Below are positions 1-17,387 of a stretch of 64,000 nucleotides of DNA, one piece after another. The stretch lies in the NCBI RefSeq assembly GCF_009914755.1, contig NC_060931.1, one strand, 5' to 3'. The stretch comes from the human T2T-CHM13v2.0 reference genome, Homo sapiens. Numbering within the stretch: position 1 is the first letter of the stretch; every line of letters starts with the position of its first letter. The position numbers and the translations under genes are program-made. Below the pieces are notes generated by a model. That model did no database searches and was not told where the DNA came from. It saw nothing but the letters and a program-made list of their open reading frames with translations.

Positions 1-1241
1 TAGCCTGGGCAAAAAGAGCAAAATTCCATCTCAAAATAAATAAATAAATAAAATGTTCAGTACTCACCAAGGTGCCCCTATTGTCTCTACTTTTATCTTG
101 ATGCATCACTGAATTGATGTTAGATTTCAAACTCATCATTGCCCTTATACTATTCTATTCTGAAGCCACCTTTATATAATGTTGAAAGAAATTAGTGATT
201 TGTTATTATCCTCTCTCTGTTGGTATACATCAAATGCTCACCTAAAAAGAGCAACAACCAGTGGAAAACACATGATGTTTTTATTTGGATGACTATTTAC
301 TTGTAACCTACTAGCAAACTATAAAATTGTATGATATGCACAATTTTAACTGAATTGCTTTAAGTGAACATTTAAACATGATAAACCATATTGATGGTAT
401 TTATGTTAATATACTTAAAATGAACATTTTTCTTCATCATGAGTAATATAACCTACTTGTCAATGAAAACCTAGCATTAAATTTGCTAATGAATTCAATA
501 ACATTTTCATAATATTTTTAGTTACATGCTTAAGGTTCTCTTAGTGTTTCTCCCACTTTTTAATAGCTTAAGCCTTTTTCGCCTTTGGGTTTTTTTGGTT
601 CATTTTAAAGCAAAAATCTTACAACATGTGATACCTGGAAACACTGTAACCTAGTGGTAAGACCATAGGCCCTGGGGACACAGGCTGGCCATGTCTCTTG
701 TCCTGTCTGAGCTTTAGTATCCTCTTTTGTGGTCATGAGAACTGAAGATCTGTCCCAAAGATTTGATAAGATAGTAAAGTGCTTCACATAATACCAGACA
801 TATAAATATACACTAAATGCTTCCTCCTTATATTTTTATTGATTGATTGATTGAGACAGAATCTTGCTCTTTTGCCCAGGCTGGAATGCAGTGGCGTGAT
901 CGTGGTTTCTGCAGCCTCCACCTCCTGGGTTCAGGCAATTCTGCCTCAGCCTCCCGAGTAGCTGGGATTACAGGTGCCTGCCACCATGCCCAGCTAGTTA
1001 TTGTATTTTTAGTACAGACGGGGTTTTACCATGTTGGCCAGGCTGGTCTCGAACTGCCGACCTCATGATCTGCCTGCCTCGGCCTCCCAAACTGCTGGGA
1101 TTACAGGTGTGAGCCACTGTGCCCAGCCTGTCTTTTCTCTTCACACCCACAGTTCATGATGAAATATTAAATATGTACTAGTGGATATTACTTTGCTGAA
1201 TATTGCCTAGTGAATATTAAGTATTTATTCTCACCTTTCAG

Positions 1242-1300
1242 ACATGAACTTATGAATTCAACAGGTGAAGATTTACAACTTGATAAATCAGCTTCGTGAG
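1242..1300 (+). pseudogene. GTF2IP: GTF2I pseudogene exon (linker after I-repeat 2) with premature stop
   Basis: 59-bp segment between tttcag (1236-1241) and gtacgt (1301) translates HELMNSTGEDLQLDKSAS*, versus recalled TFII-I HELLNSTREDLQLDKPASG; TGA at 1297-1299 replaces the Gly codon. Confidence 0.85.
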
Positions 1301-2360
1301 GTACGTCTTCAGTCTTAAGTCAGATTAGAAGATTATGTGAAGTAATTAACACTTAACATTGATTTAATGGTAGCTTCCACATGAAATAGTATGCCTCTAA
1401 GTATTAATTATGTCCTAGGACAGGAGAATTCATGTTGTCAAAATTCTCATACTCTCTAGAACAATAAACTCATTTTCTTTTTATTAGTAAATATTGCATT
1501 TATGGGTAGACAAAACTGAAAGAACAATATTTGTTCTACTTTTGAGATGCAAGATTCATCTGGCATAATGCATTGAACAGGTTATTATTGAAGTCTACAC
1601 CAGTCAACTGAATAAGCATTCATCAAATGTCCATGATATGCAGGACATAAGTTTTCTTTTAGAGTAGGGAACCATGCATATTATCTTGTAATTAGATGAT
1701 TTAGTTAGATATGTTTTTAAAGAAATAGAAATATAATTGATTTTCTTGTTTTGGCTCTGGAGTGGGGACAAAACGGAATGGATTCACACTGTTTAGATTT
1801 ACTAAAATGGAAGGATTGCAGCAAGATCATATCCCTAGTCTCCCTGTAGCAAATGTCACCTGCTAGCTGTTTTTTTTTTTTTTTTTTTTTTTTTGTAAGT
1901 TGAAGTTTTGTTCTGTCGCCCACGCCAGAGCGCAGTGGTATGATCTCAGCTCATGGCAAGCTCACCTCCTGAGTTCAAGCAATTCTCCCTGCCTCGGCCT
2001 CCTAAGTAGCTGGGATTACAGGCCTCTGCCACCACGCCTGCCTAATTTTTGTATTTGTAGTAGGGTTGGGGTTTCACCATATTGGCCAGGCAGGCCTCGA
2101 ACTCCTGACTTCAGGAGATTCACCCGCCTCAGCCTCCCAAAGTGCTGGGATTATGGGTGTGAGTCACTGCACTTGGATTTAATGGGATATTTCACTACAG
2201 ACTTTAGTAAACAGAATATTAGCATTTTTGGTGTTCTTTTTATTTTACTCATACTATTTTTCTTTGGACTCAATCACAATAACAGAATTAAAGATCAAAG
2301 TGTAAAAGTTAAAGACCAGTACAGATTCAATAATTATTCTTTTCTACATATTGTGTTTAA

Positions 2361-2893
<533 letters not shown>

Positions 2894-3169
2894 GTAAGAT
2901 TCTTGGATTCTTATTGGATTGTTATCTCTGTTAGGAGTAATTCATCTTTAGTCATTCACCACTAGGGTTGTATTTAATTAAGTCTGAGTTATTTTATGGT
3001 GGTTTTGTTTTGTTTTGTTTTTACCAAATTTTGTTCTCATTGCCCTGGCTTGAGGGCAATGGTGTGATCTCAGGTCACCACATTCTCTGCCTTCTGGGTT
3101 CAAGCAATTCTCCTGCCTCAGCCTCCTGAGTAGCTGGATTTACAGGCATGTGCCACCATGCCTGGCTAA

Positions 3170-3403
<234 letters not shown>

Positions 3404-4438
3404 TAGGTGTGAGCCCATATATGATCTTCCTAGTTTCTCCTCCCCCTTTGCTTTTTGCTCTCTTGTTAGTATGTTAATTGTTTTCACTCTCTGAATCTTT
3501 TTTCCCCATTTCTTTGGCAGACATTTTTACTTGTCTTGGAAGAGTAGGCGAAGAGCTGTTTTTAGGACTCTTTGAAAGGGTACAGTATGGGTGACAGTCT
3601 TGGCTAATGGTAACATCCAGGGAGCTGGGGTCAGCATGAGCTGGAATCAGTTCAAATTAGCAAAGCACTGGCACTCAGTGGCAGGAATACAAGTGACTGC
3701 AAAGTGTTAAACACATCTGGAAAGGGATACTGACATCATCCTCAGAATCTGTGGGGAGTTCACATAGCCAGTTAAGACCCATTCCTCTTTGACCCTATAA
3801 AGATTCTTTAAAGAATAATACCCTTAGTGGTTTTCTAGCCAGCTTGCCTGCTCATTTATCTTTGAGGACAACATGCCTTGTGGAGCTCCACAGGCCCCAG
3901 AGGGGTATGGATTCTGCATTCGAAAGTGCTGAAGCTGAGAGACTGGGTCTTGGTGGACCCCAAGAGATCTGGTTCTCCTCTACTCATTGTTCCTTCTTTT
4001 CCCAGCAGCTGGCATTGCTGTTTAAATGGGTTGTTCTTTGCTGTTTTAAGTTGTTTCATAGTGGTGTGTCAGGATTTGGGTTTTCTGAATACTTTCCAAG
4101 CTGATGACTTGAGTGGTGGTTAGGGAGGAGATGTTTTAGGGCTGTTCTGGAGCTATTGAGGTCAGGTGTCTAGATACTCCCAGCTTGTCTGTTGAGGAGA
4201 ATGCTGTTCTCATTGTGCTGCCTTTGGTGGTACTGTGTGTGGCTCTTTAGATGTGGGTGGAGGTGAGCTGGGGGAGTTAATGAGATCTTTTTTAGGTGCT
4301 TTTGATAAAGTAGCCTGCACTACAGGATTCATTGTGACTTTTTTCCTTAACCTGTGCATTTCTCTCTGCTAGCTTTTGCTGTCTTTCTCATGCCTTTGAT
4401 TTTCCCAGCTCCTCTTGGTTGAATTAACATAAGTGCTC

Positions 4439-4986
4439 TGCTATGGTTTAAATGTGTCCCCCAAAGTTTATGTGCTGGAAACTCAATCCTCAATGCAACA
4501 GTTGGGATGTGGGGCCTAATACAATAGCCTTCATGAATGAGTTAATGTTGTTATTGTGGTAATAGATTAGTAATCATAGAGTGGGCTTATTATAAAACAG
4601 AGTTCAGCCCCTTTTGCCCTCTTGCTTTCTTGCACTCTCTTTTCCTTTTGCCTGCTGTAGTGGGATGATGCAGCAAGAAGACCCTTACCAGATGCAGGCC
4701 CCTCAACCTTGGACTTCCTAACATCCAGAACTGTTAAGAAATAAAATTTATTTTTTTCCTTTTCTTCCTCCTTTCCCTTCTCCTCCCTTTTCTTCCCTTC
4801 CCCTCCCTCCCTCTCTCCCTCCCTTCCTCCTTCCCTCTTTCCCTCTTTCCCTTCCTTCCTTTCCTTCCTTCCCTTCCTTCCTTTCCTTCCCTCCTTCCCT
4901 TTTTCCCTCCTTCCTTCCTTTTTTCCTTTTTATAAATTATGCAGTCTGTGGTATTCTTTTATAGAAGCATGAAATGGACAAAGACA
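4439..4986 (+). mobile_element. MaLR LTR (MST family) interrupted by a CT-rich simple repeat
   Basis: Starts TGCTATGGTTTAAATGTGTCCCCCAAAG, contains CCAGATGCAGGCCCCTCAACCTTGGACTTCC and AATAAA, ends AAATGGACAAAGACA. Confidence 0.75.
4750..4930. repeat. (CCTT/CCCT)n polypyrimidine tract
   Basis: Almost pure pyrimidine run on the + strand. Confidence 0.95.
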
Positions 4987-7900
4987 GACTCCATTTTCAA
5001 GAACAAGCACTTTTGTAGTTTCTGAGCGAATTATGACTGTAAAGGAAGTTCTATAGGTAGCCTCAGATCTACTACCTAGGAAGCATGCTACCAAGCAGAC
5101 CTAGGATCTAGGATTTGATCAAGTGCTGGGCAACATGATACCTCTGCAATTTAGCACCTCCCTATATACCTCCAGTTGGCTCAGCCCATCAGGACTAAAA
5201 CTACCCCTCATATCCTAGTGTCTCTTGTAGGCAGAAGCCTTGCCTAAACCCTAAGCTGCTTGGCTCACATTCTGTCTTGTGCTTTTTTTGTAGGGGTTCA
5301 AATATACACAAAAGAAATGTGTTGAACCTCCATGCACCCAACCCGCAGATTAAGCAGTTACCTCCATTTTTCCAGATTTGTTTCATCTGCTTCAATCTCC
5401 CTAAAAATTTGTGTTTGTACAGGAAAAACTGAATAAATAGCTAATTCTCCACCCTACCTCTCATCTTAAGTCACTTTTCAGAGTAGTAAGTTAGTGACCT
5501 AGTAACCTTCCCTCTAATGACCAGTAGTTTTTTTTCTGAATACCATTATGAACTCACAGATTATTGTTTGCATTTGATGTATTTCAGGCCATTGCAGTCT
5601 TTATTGTTTTGGATGCTTACATTGTCTCATCCAGGTTAATAATTATCTCTTCAAGTTGACTTTCATGTCTTTTTGACGTGATGTCTTTTGGACTTTGATG
5701 GCTTCCTTGCTTTCTGGCAAACAAGATGTTCCAGGATCAATATACTGCACCATACATGGAGTCAGCCATTTCTCTAGGGAACCTTGATTCCTTTTAGTAG
5801 AGAACACAGTTTGAGGTCTTGGACTGAATGACTTTTGTGAACCTCCTCTCCTGAGACTACAGCCTGCCTCCCTGCATATAGCCCGTTAGGAGCTCTTGCT
5901 GGGCACCAACAGATCTCCTAAAACTGCTATATAGTTCTGCCTCACTCTTACAAAAGATTCATCTCTTGGGAGTTTTGTGCTCTACCCCCAGATGTGGTCT
6001 TTCTGGTTCTGAAGCTTTTGCTTCAGTCACCCTGAATTTTGCCAGCCCTATGCATGCTATACCTTGGATTGCCAACTTGCCCTCACTGAAGCCAGTTTCT
6101 CTGGTTAGAATAGTTGCCCCAACCCATGCCTAATACTCTAGTAAACAAGGTTCTACCTGGGCTTAGGTTAACTTTTGCTCCTTTGGGCCCTGTGTTCTAC
6201 CAGCATTCCATTTATCTGAAACTCTCCCTCACCTTAAGAACCTATCTGTTCTTTAATGATTTACTGCTGCTTCCTGGGTTCAAAAGAACCCAGTTCAGGA
6301 GTTTCTGTTTTAGTTTGAGATCTTATAGGCCTGTCTCATCAGGTTGGTGTCAGCCCAGCTAGGATTAGGCAGAATTGGGTGGGGGCTGTAGTGCATTTTT
6401 TGCACAGCATGTACCTGTCTGACTAATTCTCTGTCTTTTCTTTCCTTTTGCAATTCATGGGTCTTAGCATCTTCTGAATGGTGTTTAGTAGGTCATCCTG
6501 TTGATTTCCTGCTAGGGAGTAGCATACTCTGGCTCTGTACCATTGGCCAAGGGACTTAAGGATAGATGAAGGGCTGCAGTTTTGTTAAATGGAACAATAT
6601 GAAGAGATGGCATTGTAAAAAAAAAAAAACAAAAAAAAAAAACAAACAAACAAACAAAAAAAACGCTTGGCAGCAGGGCCCATTTGAATGGTTGGTCCTT
6701 GGCTCCTGTGTTGATATAGGCAGATCCTTGATGGGAATTTGGAATGATCCCAAATATTGTAGATCACTGGTACATCAAGTCATCCTCAAGGTTGTCTGTG
6801 TAACAGTCTTGAATGATATTTTATCAGTCTTTGGAGATTCTCTGTATAGGGTTTAATCATTTAGTTATTTCAGTTGAGCCTGTTTAGTTTCTTTGCAAGG
6901 AGATAAGAAATGTGAAAGAGATGCAGACATTAGGGAAAAAAGTCAGGAGCCTTGTTTCCCCACCCTCTACTTGGGTTCTGGAACTGGACTCATAGGTGAG
7001 TAGTGAGGAGCTGGGCCCAAGCACATTAATCCTAGATCTAGCTCTGCTTTGCGCTCGCTCCAGTTCTTGTATCAAATTCACTTCAAGCCACCCAGAGTAG
7101 TATGTAGAGGAGTCATTCAGGACCATGCTTATACTTCATTATATCAAATGGGAGATCCAGTAATTTATAGCCTGTTATTTCTGGAGTCTGGAGATGGCTC
7201 TGCATAAGATTTGCTGAAGCAAATTTTATTACATTAGAAGAGAACCTAGCTGGCTGCATCCTACACTGGAAGCTTTTAGATGCTAATAAGGAGGTCATGT
7301 AAAGGTCACAGAATGACTCTGGAATCCATTCCCCACCAAGAAAGAATAATGACATTCTATGTTGGCCTCTTTTCATTTCCCTTTGATTTTAAGTAATAAA
7401 TTCTCTCCTCACTTCCCAGCTGAACGGTTTGGGAGTCTCTATTCCCTAGAAAGACTCTGGTCACATACCCATCAGATTAAATTAGGTGAAAACTCTTTGG
7501 CCTTCATGAATGTTGAAGGATTTCAAAGGGCTAATGGAAATTCTTCTAGAAGTAACTGCAACGTCCGCCTTCCGGGTTCAAGCGATTTTCCTGCTTCAGC
7601 CTCCCGAGTAGCTGGGATTACAGGTGTCCACCATCATGCCCAACTAATTTTTGTATTTTTAGTAGAGACGGGGTTTCACCGTGTTGGCCAGGCTGGTCTA
7701 GAACTTTTGACCTCAGGTGATCCGCCCACCTCAGCCTCCCAAAGTGCTGGGATTACAGGCGTGATCCACTGCGCCCAGTTAAACTTCAGTTTTTCATGTT
7801 CCATGCATAGGTCAGGGTCTTAGGGAGTGATTCATTCTAGCAGAACTCCCTGGATTTTAAGGCACGTGTTCCATTTATTAATTGACAAAGGAGGCATATT

Positions 7901-8071
7901 TCTCCCCTGGTAACCCAAAGATTTAGGTCATTTTCCCAGAGACTCCATTTCCACTGTGAGGGTTCTTGGAAAACTAAGCAGAGGATGAGGAAAAGTCTGT
8001 AAACAAGCTTGCTGGTCTCTCCCTATCCTACAAAAGAGCATACCTCTTCTGTAACCAGAAGGCCCTTTTGA

Positions 8072-8299
<228 letters not shown>

Positions 8300-8302
8300 T
8301 AA

Positions 8303-8422
<120 letters not shown>

Positions 8423-8763
8423 TGACCTGCGACGATTTTTCAACAATGTAATTTCTCTTTTACAGAGCCACCTAAGCTGAAGATTCCCTTGAGAACAAGT
8501 ACTGTCCTGTGGTTTCATGGCCTTTCTTCCATTTGTGGTTCTTGTGAAGTGGAATTTAAATGACATCTTATCAAGATGGATAAACCCTAGTTTCCCAGTG
8601 CTGGAATATAGAAAATGGATGGACAAGTAAATCCCACTCATCACCCATAGTCCAGGCATGGGGACCTCAACACACCTGAGCCCCAGACATCACCTTTCAT
8701 TGTGAGTAGCTCTGAGATGACACTTCTGCTGTTCCCAATTCCAGCATTAATTGGATTAGATAG

Positions 8764-9118
<355 letters not shown>

Positions 9119-9331
9119 TCTGTTTTTACAATTATACTGTAGGAGACATTATGTTCCATGACAATGGTAGTTTTTAATGACAATTTTTAATTGAGTGAAA
9201 TTACCATAAAAATAATAATAGTAGCAGCTAATATTTACTGAGCTGTTACTAGATGCCTATAAATAGCATAGATTTTTAAATTCTCCATAATTCTTCCTTA
9301 TTTCACTTAACCACTCTATCTTAAATTACTC

Positions 9332-9435
9332 ATGCTTGCCTCAGTAGCACACATACTTAAGTTGGAACAATAGAGAGATTGGCATGGCCTCTGTGAAAGA
9401 ATGACATGCAAATTTGTGAAGCATTCCATATTTTT
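9332..9435 (+). pseudogene. RNU6: U6 snRNA retropseudogene
   Basis: Diverged full-length match to U6 (ATGCTTGCCTCAGTAGCAC...GCATTCCATATTTTT), followed by an A-rich tail; TSD AAATTACTC at 9323-9331 and 9453-9461. Confidence 0.9.
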
Positions 9436-9831
9436 TAAAAAAAAAGAGGAAAAAATTACTCCCAGATTTTCACCGTGTTTGTGCATGTGACCTTTTGTTT
9501 AGGTTGAATTATATCCAAAGATGAAATTTCCAAAAGTGAGATTACTGTGAGTCACAGGGCATGAGCATTCTTATTACCCTTGATGTAAATTGCAAAGTTT
9601 TCAGGCATGGTGGCTGTCAGCCTGTAAGTCCAGCACTTTGGGAGGCTGAGGTGGGAGGATTGCTTGAGGCCAGGAGTTGGAGGAGGCAGTGTAATGAGTC
9701 ACTGTCTGTATGATTTAAAAAAAATTTCCAAGCTCTATCCTGGAAGGCTTATATACATTTTAAACACCACTAGTACTACAAGAAAATGGCCATTTCACTG
9801 CACCTTCGCCCACACAGGTATTATAATTTAA

Positions 9832-10104
<273 letters not shown>

Positions 10105-10463
10105 TGATCAGGCTGGTCTCGAACTCCTGACCTTGTGATCTACCCGCCTCGGCCTCCCAAAGTGCTTGATTACAGCTGTGAGCCATGCGCCCAGCCTATT
10201 TGTCACATATTTTATCTTTCCTTATGTTAGCTTATTAGCTTTATTTCTTTATTGTCCTTTTTTTTTTTCTGAGATGAAGTCTTGCTCTGTCTCCTAGGCT
10301 TGAGTGTAGTGGCACAGTCTCAACTCACTGCAGCCTTGACCTCCTAGGCTCAGGTGATCCTTCCACCTCAGTAGTTGGGACTATAGGCACGTGCCACTAT
10401 GCCTGGCCAATTATTTTTATTTTTTTATTTTTACTAGAGACGAGGTCTTGCTTTGTTTCTTAG

Positions 10464-10577
<114 letters not shown>

Positions 10578-11535
10578 TAGAGTTACTTTGTCTTTTACTA
10601 ATTCAATGATCTGTTTAATCTTTTATTAAATTATAAAAATAGTAAATACTTTTAAATAAGTGAAAAATTTCCTTCACTCTTTAGACCCATAATCTTATCT
10701 CAGGAAATAATTGCTATTGAGAAAATGGGCCATATCCTTCAAGATACGTACATGGTGATTGAACATCACTTCACATTTTCATATTTTGTGGACATTTGTG
10801 CCAATACCTATTGATCTATCTTAATCTTTTTCATGGTTGCATAATATTTTATTATATGGATGTATCACAATTTACCAGTACCAGTCAACTGCTGGAGGCA
10901 TTTAGGCTCTTTCTAATATTTGCTTTGAGCTCTTTATATAATTAAAAATTAACCCCCTCAGCCAGGTGTGGCAGCTCATACCTGTAATCCCAGCACTTTG
11001 GAAGGCTGAGGTGGGAGAACATCCTGAGTGTAGGAGATCACCACCAACCTGGTCAACATAGCGACACTTTGTGTCTACTAAAAATTAAAAAAAAAAAATG
11101 AGCTACATGTTGCAGTGCACACCTGTAGTCCCAGCTACTGGGGAGGCTAAGACTGGAGGATCACTTGAGTCTAGAAGGTTGAGGCTGCAGTAAGCTATGA
11201 TCACACCATTGCACTTTAGCTTTGCTAAGAGCAAGACTGCATTTCTTAAACAAAATAAAAATTACATGGGAATATTGCTCAAGCCCTGGAGGTTGAGGCT
11301 GCAGTTAACTGTGATTGCACCACTGCAGTCCAGCCTAGGCGATAGAGCAAGACCCTTTCTCTAAAAATAAAATAAAAATTAACCTTCTATCATATTTCTG
11401 AGTAACACCTTCCCTCCTACGTTTCTCCTAGAAGCCCTTAAATTTTGTTTTTCACATACCATTTAAAACTTTTGAGTGCTGATGTTTGTCTGTGTCATCC
11501 CTCTTTTTTTAAGAATGTCTTTTTGTCACTTCTAG

Positions 11536-11600
11536 CTGGACCTACCATGAAAGACTTCTGAATCCAGGAAGAGAGACTGACTGGGCAACATGTTGTTCAG
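11536..11600 (+). other. Candidate 65-bp non-coding exon, copy 1
   Basis: Pyrimidine tract + tag acceptor and CAG|gtac donor; near-identical copy at 18287-18351. Use as an exon is inferred. Confidence 0.45.
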
Positions 11601-12267
11601 GTACAAAAAGACTTGGACCGTAACTCAAAAATGATCAAATAATAGTGCATGCATCAAGTGCAATGGGAAGCTCTTCTGGAGAGGGAGAGAAGCTTCCAGT
11701 TAAGGTGACATTGAAGCCAAGTCCTGTAAGATGAGGAAGAGTTATATGAGAGTGGGGAGGGAAGGGGGAGGTGGAGGGATGGGGATTGGGCTGGGCTGGG
11801 ATGGAATGAGCTGCCCAGGCAGGGAAACCAGCACTATATAGACCTGAACAATGAAGATGGCACATTTTGTTCAGGGAATGGTGAATTAAGTGTGGCAGGA
11901 ATGCTTTGGAGAGACGGTCATTTGCTTGTATGGAATTTTGCCCAAGAGACCTCATTACAGTTTCTAATTTTTTGATGTTATCATGCATCACTGCCCTTGT
12001 CAGATAGTATCATGATCACAGTAACATCAAGCATAATATTTCATTGATCCTCACAAAAACAGGTGGGTGCCACAGTTATCCCCATTATGTGCTCAAAATG
12101 ATGAAGACTTGGGGTTAATGAGCAATTTGCCCAAGCTCACCTGAATATTAAGACTGAGTCAAATGTTATTCTGGTCTGACTTTAATGCTTGCCTTGTTCA
12201 TGAGCACCGTGCATTGCCTCTCCTATGCAGTTAAGCAGGTAGACAGGTGAGAGAAGAGCCCGTGTGA

Positions 12268-12551
12268 TATCGGGGGAAATTCACCCCTGATATTTCATGT
12301 AGGTTCTTTTCTATTTTCCCTGAGTGTCGGCCAGTCTGAGAAATAAAGGGAAAGAGTACAAAAGAGAGAAATTTTAAAGCTGGGTGTCCAGGGGAGACAT
12401 CACATGTCAGCAGGTTCTGCGATGCCCCCCAAGCCGCAAAACCAAAAGTTTTTATTAGTGATTTTCAAAAGGGGAGGGAGTGTACGAATAGGGTGTGGGT
12501 CACAGAGATCACATGCTTCACAAGGTAATAAAATATCACAAGGCAAATGGA
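12268..12551 (-). mobile_element. MER11-family (HERV-K11) LTR, 3' fragment
   Basis: Reverse complement ends ...GAAAATAGAAAAGAACCTACATGAAATATCAGGGGTGAATTTCCCCCGATA, the MER11 3' terminus; truncated at ~12551. Confidence 0.8.
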
Positions 12552-13400
12552 GAATATATATGATTCACATACCCTTCAATTGATTTATTTATTGAAATCT
12601 GCAATTCAGTAGGTTTTAGAATATTCACAGAGCTGTGCATTGATCACCACAGTCACTTTTAGAACCTTTCATTATCCTGTAGAGAAATCCATACCCCTTA
12701 GCCGCTACCTCCTACTCTCCCCACCTACCTTCGCCCCCAGCCTTAGGCAACCATTGATTAATTTTTTTGTCACTATAGATTTGCCTAATCTGGACAAATA
12801 GAATTGTACAATATGTGATCTTTTGTGGCTTTTTTCCCTCTTAGCACAGTGTTTTCAAAGTTCCTTTATGTCATAGTGTGTATCAATATTTCATTCCTTC
12901 TATGGCAGTATTCCATGGTAGAGACACACTGCATTTTGTTTATTTGTTCATCAGTTGGTGGATATTTGGGTTGTTTCCATGTATTCCATGTATTGGTCAT
13001 TATGAATAATGCTGCTATGAAGATTGTTGTACAAGTTTTTGTGTGGACATATATTTTTATTTTTCTGGGATATATGCCTATGAGTGAAATTGTTGCATTA
13101 TAGGATGACTGTACATTTAGCCTTTTGAGAAACTGCCAGACTGTTTTCTAAAGTGGCTACACCAGTTGGGTGCAATGGCTCACACCTGTAATCCCAGCTA
13201 CGCAGGAGGCTCAGCTAGGAGGATGGCTTGAGCCCATGAATTCAAGACCAGCCTGGGCAAGATAGTGAAACCCTGTCTTGATTTTTTTAAAATCCAATTA
13301 AAATGACAAGAAAAGAAATACCCAAACAAAATGGTTACATGATTTTATGTTCCCACCAGTAATGTATGTGGGTTCCAATTCCTCCACATCTTCACTGACA
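12552..13400 (-). mobile_element. Old L1M (L1MB-like) 3' region with inserted Alu monomer
   Basis: Typical antisense L1M 3' phrases (CCCCAGCCTTAGGCAACCA, ATGAATAATGCTGCTATGAAGATT, AACTGCCAGACTGTTTTC). Confidence 0.75.
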
Positions 13401-13898
13401 TTTTTTTTTTTCTAGATAGGGGCTTGCTCTGTCTCTCAGGCCGCAGTGCAATGATGCCATCACAGTTCACTGCAGCCTTGACCTCCCAGGCACAAGTGAT
13501 TCTCTCATCTCAGCCTCCTGAGTAGCTGAAAATTACAGGTGTACACCACCATGCCTGGCTAATTTTTATATTTTTTTGTAGTGATGGGATTTTACCATGT
13601 TGCCCAGGCTGGTCTCATACTCCTGGCCTCAAGTGATCTGCCCACCTCAGCCTCCCTAAGTTCTGGAATTACAGGCTGCCACCATGCCCGGCCTTCACCA
13701 ACATTTGCCATTATCTGCTTTTTTTTTTTTCCTTTATACCTTAAAGCAGTATAAGAACAAGTGTCTTCAATTATAGGAAACAGTATAATCCCAGGGCATT
13801 GGGAGGCTAAGACAGGAAGATGTCTTGATGCCAGGAGTCTTTTTTGTTGTTGTTGTTTTTGTTTTTGTTGTTGTTGTTGCTGTTGTTGTTGTTTTTGA

Positions 13899-14108
<210 letters not shown>

Positions 14109-15990
14109 TGATTTGCCTGCCTTAGCCTCCCAAAGTGCTGGGATACAAGCATGAGCCACCATGCCCAGCCTGATGCCAGGAGTTTTAGACTAGCCTGGGC
14201 AACCTAGCAAGACCTTGTCTCTACAGAATATTTAAACATTAGCCAAACGTGGTGGTGCCTGTGTATAGTCTCTCTCCCTCTCTTTTTTTTCTTTCTAACT
14301 TTTTGTGACATGGTCTGGCTCTGTCACCCAGGCTGAAGTGCAGTGGTGTGATCATGGCTCACTGCAGCCTGAAACTCCTGGGATCAAGTGATCAATCCTC
14401 CCACCTCATCCTACCAAGTAGTAGAGACCACAGGTATATGCCACCCAGGTCTTGCTATGTTGCCCAGGCTGGTCTTGAGCTCCTGGCCTCAAGCAATCTT
14501 CTCACCTTGGCCCCCCACAGTGCAAGGATTACAGGTATGAGCCGCCATGCCTGGCCCCTACCCTGCCTATTGAGAACCAAAAGAAGGATCCAAATTCTCC
14601 TTAGCTCAACTCGAGCCATTTCCTGATTGCTTCATCAGCAAGAAGCTGGTTATTGGGCTGTCCAGGCCTCCCAAGCAGCACAGAAATGAGGTGAAGGAGT
14701 TTTCCTGCTGCTCCACTCTGTAAGGAGTTGGAGGGTGATGTTTACTCGTTTGCAGAGAGAGATGCCTTGTAGGCACCTCAGGATGGAGAGGACCCTGATT
14801 CCAATGTCCTTTTTTTCTTTAGAAACAGGACCTTGCCCTGTCATTTAGGATGGAGTTCAGTGGTCCAATCATGGCTCATTGTAGCCTCAAACTCCCAGGC
14901 TCAAGCAATCCTACCATGTCAGCCTTCCCAGTAGCTGGGACTACAGGTAAGCATCGTGACACTCAGTGAATTTTGTTTTTATTTTTTTGTAGAGATGGGG
15001 CCTCAGTATGTTGCCACGGCTGACCTTGAATTCCTGCACTCAAGGGATTTTCCTGCCCTGGCCTCCCAAAGTATTGGTATTACAGGCATGAGCTATTGTG
15101 CCCACCGTCTCTGGTTCTTAACCTTCTGCCTCCCTCTTCCAGTTTTAAAGAATGCTTGTAATTACATGGGCTCTCCTAGATACTCCAGGATAATCTTGTT
15201 TTAAGGTCAGCTGATGAGCAACATTAATTTTATCTGCACTCTTAATTCCCCCTTCCTATGTAATTGTGCTGTGTAACATAGGACATGAGCAATTGGTGGC
15301 GGCGGTGGGGGTTATTACTTTGGCCACCACAGTAACTATTTTATGCCAGGTACTCAGCTAAGCATTGGTGAATTAAGCATGAATAACACACACTCCCTAA
15401 TCTCCATCCATTCATGGGAGGAGCACCTCACCTGCCATGCTCCTGAGAATCTCGGCAGTCAAAGAAGTCTTCTATGAGGAGGTGATGCCAAAGCGGACAA
15501 GTGACAGAGGAGTCGAAGCTAGCTAGGAAGAGAGTAGAGGTTTAAGGGGAAGCATATTATAAGCAGAGGATATCACCCACTTCAGAGACTCCCAGAGGAG
15601 AAGGAGTGGGCGTTCAAGGGGCAGATGAAGCTCAGTTGGACTCCATAGCAGATGAAATGGAGAGGGGCAAGCAGTGAGGCTGCCTTGCAAGGCAGGGCAG
15701 AGCAGGGGCTGTTAAGGAGTTTGGACTTAATCCCTGAGGCAAGGAGAAGTGATGTAAATGGGGGAGTAACATGATGAGATTCATGGATTAGAGACATGGC
15801 TCAGGCTGCTGTAGAGAAGGCACCAGGGAGAGCAGATGGCTCAATGGGTGTGCAGGATACCTCTCACTGAGTTTAGGGAAAGGTTTTTAAAACAGAAGAA
15901 GTTTGAGTAATTTAAATTATGATGGGAAGGAGCTAAAAGTGGGGGATAGGTTAAAGATACAGGAAAGTGGGAGGAAGAACTGACAAGTGA

Positions 15991-16296
<306 letters not shown>

Positions 16297-16421
16297 TAGG
16301 CTTCCCAAATTGCTGGGATTACAGGCATGAGCCACAATGCCTGGCCTCTGCTAGTTCCATATTCTCTAGAGTTGTCTTTACTTTCTGCTAGTGTGTCCCT
16401 CATTGTGCTGATCCTCTGTAA

Positions 16422-16889
<468 letters not shown>

Positions 16890-17387
16890 TAAGTGCCACC
16901 ACACCCAGCTGATTTTTGTGTTTTTTGTAGAGACGAGGTTTTGCCATGTTTCCCAGACTGTTCTCAAACTCCTGAGCTCAAAGCAGTCCACCCATCTTGT
17001 CCTCCCAGAGTGCTGGGATTACAGGTGTGAGCCACCTTGCTCATTCTAGTTTAAACTGTTGAGTGGTTTGTGTCTCCTGATTGGACTCCTACAAATACAG
17101 AATTGATGCTAGGAAGGGTACCAGGAGATAGACGCATACAGATGGGATTTGGGAATAGGTTTGGTTATCCAAGGAGCAGTGCTGAGCTCCTTGCTAATGG
17201 GGTATGGGATGCTGGTGATTTCCAGGAAGTGAGCTCACAATGACTCAAGCTACCACATAGTGTTGATTGTGAAATGCCAGTTGAAGCATATGTCCTGCGA
17301 GCTTAGGGGTGCTACAAGTTGACCACTGCAGCAGTAAAGATGACTCTGAAGAATGGCATGGGATGGATCCTTTCGAATGCACTTGAG

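Noticed and set aside
8466-8498. Possible small exon after tctcttttacag
   Set aside because: The acceptor is plausible but the donor is weak, and there is no independent support.
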